Of a stretch of DNA of 64,000 nt, positions 58,771-64,000 are shown one piece after another. The notes under the pieces are model-generated. The model had not been told where the DNA came from, made no database searches, and saw only the letters and a program-made list of their open reading frames with translations. Position numbers and translations under genes: made by a program. How positions within the stretch are numbered: position 1 is the first letter of the stretch; the number at the start of each line of letters is the position of its first letter. Source of the DNA: Eledone cirrhosa (taxonomy: Eukaryota); the NCBI GenBank assembly GCA_964016885.1, contig OZ024743.1, positions 369,582,001 to 369,646,000 on the forward strand. Reading direction: 5' to 3'.

Positions 58771-60530
58771 AATAATAATGATTAAGAAGCTCCAAATGAA
58801 GTTATTATACATCCCAGTTTCCACCACCATCACCATTTTGATGGCTGTTTTTCCCTTTTTGCATGAGTTACCATATTCATATATAAGCCGAGAAATATGT
58901 GACAAAAATATTGATGGTAAAATGAAGGGTCGGCTTATATTCTATGTAAATGAAGTACTAAAATGTTTTCACTTTAGAGGCGAATATTACACTGGTTTCA
59001 CTTTTGACATGAAATTGGTTTTTCTTATTGATTTTGATCTGTTTTTAATAAATATGGCCTTCAAAACAGTTGGAAATTGATAAAAAAAAATCATTACATG
59101 GCTTGGCTTACAAACAGGGTTTGGATTTTTGCCTATTCCTCTTACATAAAATAGGTGAGGTTGACTTATATTTGGATTGACTTATATTCAACTATACACG
59201 ATAAGTTGGTCTTCTCTAGTACAGTGTCCTGCCATATGGCACAGTACTTTGTCATTTCCTTCATGCAATTCAACCTTTTGAGATCAGTCTTCCTCATTTC
59301 ATTTTGTCTTCCTAAGTACCCCTCTTCCACAAGTTCTATCCACATGGAACATTTGGCACTTCTTTATATGACTTGCACCCTCCATACGCATCTCATACCC
59401 ATATTAGCCAAGTTCTCTTTCTTGCTCATCACATCCTATTTCTGTTATACACACACACATCTTTGTGTGTGTGTATATGTATGGGTGTTCATTTTGGCTC
59501 TCTGCACTCTGATTTCAAATCCTACTGATGTCAACTTCACCTGTCATTCTTTCAAAGTTAGTAAATGAAATACTAGTCCAATACGGGAGTCAATTCTTCC
59601 TTTGTTACTCATCTTCACTTCCTCATTCTCTCTATATTTCTCTAGAAGAAACCAGCTGTGTTCAGACCTGGAGAGGGATGGGCTCCACCAGGTTTAAATG
59701 TTTATGTCAAGATGGCATTCTTGCAATTCCATCAGGAGTTAAGAGTCCAAGTGAAGTGAAGTGACGGTGTGTGTGTGCTTGCGCGTGCATGCATGTCTTC
59801 ATCCTCTTCTTGTATATGAGACTGTTGCTGTCTCAGATTGTTGTTATTCACCTAATTGAGATCAGAGCCCAGTGATCAGATTTTAGGGCCCACCACGAGG
59901 AGGTCAACAACTTGGGCCTCAAGTTGTGTGCATGTGTGTGTATGTATAGATGTGAAATCACTTGCCCATGGTACTGTGTTGTGTATAAAATCTGTAACTG
60001 TATTGGGGTGACAGTTATATAGAGAGACCTTGATCAGAAAAGCTGGAGCAAATGGCAAAATACATTAATTTATTTGATAGTACTGGCTCAAACCTACTTC
60101 TGGTTCTATGAAACATAACCATTTAAATTGTCTTCCCACTTAATTTTATATTTGAACCTTTTGTTAAATTATTTTGCATATACCATCTTAACGAAATAAT
60201 TAATGATTTTAGTAAATCTCTTCAAATTCTTCATTAACTAATTGAAATAGAATTTATATCATTGGAACTATGGTAATGAAAGTGTGGCAGTAAATAACAG
60301 AGGGAATGTTTAGTATCACTGATATAAGGAATTCCTTGTTGACTGAAAACACTTTATAGTTGTTGTTTAACCTCCAGTTTAGCCTTCCAGTCATGACCAT
60401 CCAGCTTTTTGTATATCAGGCACTACATTCTTTAATGTACCCTTCATTTTTTATATACTCTCAATCTACCTTGCACTTTCACTCACAATCTATCTATTGA
60501 TTTCATACTTTTCATGCTCTATCGTTCTGC

Positions 60531-60750
60531 CTATCTTTTTCATGCCCTATCTTTCTGTCTATCTCTTTCACATTCAATCTATCTGCCTATCTTTTTCACA
60601 CTATCTTTTTCATGCCCTATCTTTCTGTCTATCTCTTTCCCATTCGATCTATCTGCCTATCTTTTTCACACTATCTTTTTCATGCCCTATCTTTCTGTCT
60701 ATCTCTTTCACATTCAATCTATCTGCCTATCTCTTTCACACTATCTTTTC
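60531..60750. repeat. 70-bp pyrimidine-rich minisatellite (about 3 copies) decaying into CTAT-rich sequence
   Basis: CTATCTTTTTCATGCCCTAT at 60531, 60601 and 60671. Confidence 0.85.
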
Positions 60751-61978
60751 CATTCTCTATCTCTGTCTATTCTCTATTCTCTATCTCTATCTTTCTATCT
60801 ATCTGTTTCATGCTGTTATACTCTCTATCTTTCTGTCTATCTGTTTCATGCTGTTATTTTCACACTCTATCTCTTTATCTATCTCTTTCAAATTTAATCT
60901 ATCTCCCTATCTCTTTCACACTATATCTCTATATCAATTTCATTCATATTCAGTCTATCTGTCTCTATCCACCAATCTCTTTCACACTTTATCACTGCCT
61001 ATCTCTTTCACAATATATCTCTTACTTCAGCACATTTCTATGAATTTTTTAATTGTGTGTATTCACACATATTTATATAAATATAATTTTTATGTGTGTA
61101 CATTTGGGTGTGTGTCTGTATGTGTGCACGTATGTGTCTGTATATAAATATAGTATCATGTGCGTGTAAAGGCAGTGAAAATTGCAGTCATTTGTTTTCA
61201 GTCCTGTACTGGGGTTGATTCTTCCTCTATATCTCTTTCTCACTTCCTCTCTTTTGCTATCTGTTTCTCTGGAAGAACTTTGCTGTATTTAGATTGGAGA
61301 TGGGTGAACTCTGCCAGGTTTAAATGCTCAAGTCACTCCTGTGATACAATCAGGAGTTGAGGTCCCCTGCATGGTTGTGTGTGAAAATAAAATGTTACTT
61401 GCTACATATGTACACATAAAACAATTATATATATATATAAAAATATATTTATTTATTTATTTATTTATTTATAATAATAATGAGCAGGAACAAAGTATCA
61501 ATATAACACCATTATGTTTATTCGCATGTGACACATGTTTCTCAATCGATCAGCTCAAGGTACGATTGGTAGTGATCATGCTGGACTCTGGAATCAATAG
61601 CTCATCAGGCGTGTGGATTCTCAATTATATATATATATATATACATACTCACACACACATATATATATATATACAAATGCACAGTACTTTGTCATCTCCT
61701 TCATATGATTCAACTGCGTGCGCACACTCACATGCGCATGCACACAAACACACACGCACACATACACACTCTGTGAACATTTATCAACAAATAGATAGTG
61801 ACTACACACATAAACAGGCAAACACTCATACACATATGCTGCACAGGGCTATCTTTTCAAACCATTGACATCAGTTAATACACATAAACACATATATGCA
61901 AACTCCCATATGTGCTGCACATGGTCCCTCATCAAAGCAATAACATCAGTTACTACACACACAGATACCCCCCCCCCC

Positions 61979-62040
<62 letters not shown>

Positions 62041-62177
62041 CTTGTGTGCTCTGCATGGTCTCTCATCAAAGCATTGACATCAGTTAGTTCAACTAATTTC
62101 TTCAGCAACTACAGTAAAGTATATTCTTTATTGATGAGATCATAAGAAGATTGAAACAAATCCAGGCACACTTGCTG

Positions 62178-62214
<37 letters not shown>

Positions 62215-62483
62215 TTAACCTCCATTTTCCATGCTAGCATGCATTCAATAGATCATCACAGCTTATTGGAGCTACTGACCTCTCAGATGAGCTAGGGACC
62301 AGCTTCTTGCTTACATATGCTCCCATACTGTACAGAGTGCACCTGGTGCATTTTATTGTGACACCAGCTCTAAGGAGCTTGTTATGTCTTTGACACAACC
62401 GAAGAGTTTGTATTAGGATGGATGTTTAGCTGTAGAATACAGCCTCAAAAGTCTCATCCAATCTATAACTATATAGAAAATCA

Positions 62484-62653
62484 TATTGTATTTCCCGGCG
62501 TCGAATATGTTACTTTTTTTCCTAAAATAAGTCTCAAAAATCTACCAAGTGTCCTGGAGGCTGAAGGTTTATTATCTTTTTTCATATTTTTGGTTGTCAA
62601 AATTAGGGCGCGTCCTCGAGGACGAAGCATCTTTGACACTGGGAAATACGGTA
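62484..62653. mobile_element. pogo/Tigger-like MITE
   Basis: TATTGTATTTCCCGGCGTCGA and TTGACACTGGGAAATACGGTA form imperfect TIRs. Confidence 0.6.
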
Positions 62654-63017
62654 CTTAAAAATAATAATGATGTTAGTAACTCGATTACTAATGAGGTGGC
62701 CTTATTACTAGAATAATGGTTTAAATATATCATATCTATTTTATAGCTATTATAGATCTATATGGCCAACAGTTTTACTTGGTACATTGTTTCATTTATG
62801 AAGATTTAAAAAAAAATAACAATAACAACTGATCAGCTGACACATTAATCCTTTTCATACCAACCTGACCCAAACCACCCCCAGTTCTGTGGAACAAAAG
62901 CATCCATTTTTAAGAATTCTTATTTAAATTAAAATCTTCCAAAGATCCCAGGTCAAAAAAAAAGGGAAACCATATTTCTGTGATGGATGGACTCTGGGAA
63001 ATGGTCCAGTTACAAAA

Positions 63018-64000
63018 TTGGTACTTTCAGTGCCTGGACTATGTGTTGAACAACAACAACAACTAAAGCCAATCATGTCTTCCTCTCCCATTACTGTTCA
63101 ACAACAACAAAAATCAACCATCAATAAGGAAGTTGCAGAAATTCGACAACTGATGTCTGACCTAAGTCTAGAAATAGCAGGAATTAAAACAAGCCATCGT
63201 GTAAAACCTCTGAATGAGGGATCTTATTGGAGTACCTTGCTTAAAAATCTACACATAGCTCTTGCTGAATCTAGATGCATCAAGAAAGCTACTGAATCTA
63301 CCATCCATGAAGTAATTGCCATTGGTGTATCAGAAGACTTAACTGATCTTCAGGTATTTGCTGGCAACTCGTCCAAGGACCTAGACTGTTTTCCTCCAAA
63401 AAGTGCTCTCCAACTTAATCAATCGTGTCCCAAACCCTGACTAATTAGGCTGTCATTTGCAAGCTCTTCTGAGGCACGTGCATTCCATTTAGCCTCTGAT
63501 AAGACTAGGCGTGAACAACGAATTACCTTTCAAACTTGCCCTGGCTTACCACCTGATATATGCCCAAAGCTACATGCTGTAGCTCCTTAAATAACAACTC
63601 AACACCACAAGAAAGTTTTAGCCTATGTGACGATGGGCACATATGGAAATTTATTAAGTCTGGTGAGACATAGAAAAGAGATATCAGCTGGTCTGAACAT
63701 ATTGTACCCACAATAACTGGCAATGAAAAAGCTGTGGGAAACTAAACAAGAACAACCTGCCATCCCCTATATATCATCATAAGCTGAAATCCAGATACAA
63801 ATTGTTGTCCTTAAATGCTTGTAGTTTATGCAATAAGATACATCTTTTTGATTCCTGCGTCAAAAATATTGACACTGATTTCATTGCAGTCACGAAAATA
63901 CAGGTGTAATCTTTATTTTGTGATGGTGTTTTTAGCATAGCTGGCTACAACTTGTTTCGCAAAGACTGCATTAATCATCATGGTGGTGATGTGATGATCT
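63018..64000 (+). mobile_element. 5' part of a degenerate CR1/L2/Jockey-group LINE (ORF1-like region and start of AP endonuclease)
   Basis: Near the window end: LNACSLCNK, DFIAVT and FSIAGYNLFRKDCINHHGG. The upstream 140-aa ORF is ORF1-like by position only. Confidence 0.6.

Noticed and set aside
60497-61147. 216-aa hydrophobic ORF
   Set aside because: It derives from the 70-bp minisatellite and CTAT-rich low-complexity sequence.

Overview
AT-rich, repeat-dominated animal genomic DNA, most likely a cephalopod such as octopus (inferred from the SINE/RTE complement and huge (TA)n tracts). The only host coding sequence I can support is one 127-nt exon (33036-33162, +) encoding the first zinc finger of an NR1-type nuclear receptor. 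The rest appears intronic or intergenic: RTE, Tx1/L1, CRE-like and CR1-like LINE relics, tRNA-derived SINEs, maT/mariner, hAT and MITE remnants, Penelope-like (PLE) RT and GIY-YIG fragments, and kilobases of TA/TATG microsatellite. The long Y/I/M/C/H/T ORFs in the track are microsatellite artefacts. The main discovery is a population of small non-coding elements, mostly inserted in (TA)n tracts and often in tandem plus inverted arrangement, that carry type I hammerhead ribozyme (HHR) folds. Several have a compensatory U3-A8 core (UUGANAA instead of CUGANGA) and/or long structured inserts in stem II, so standard motif searches would miss them. They look like non-autonomous PLE-derived, retrozyme-like elements. 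All folds were paired by eye and activity is untested.
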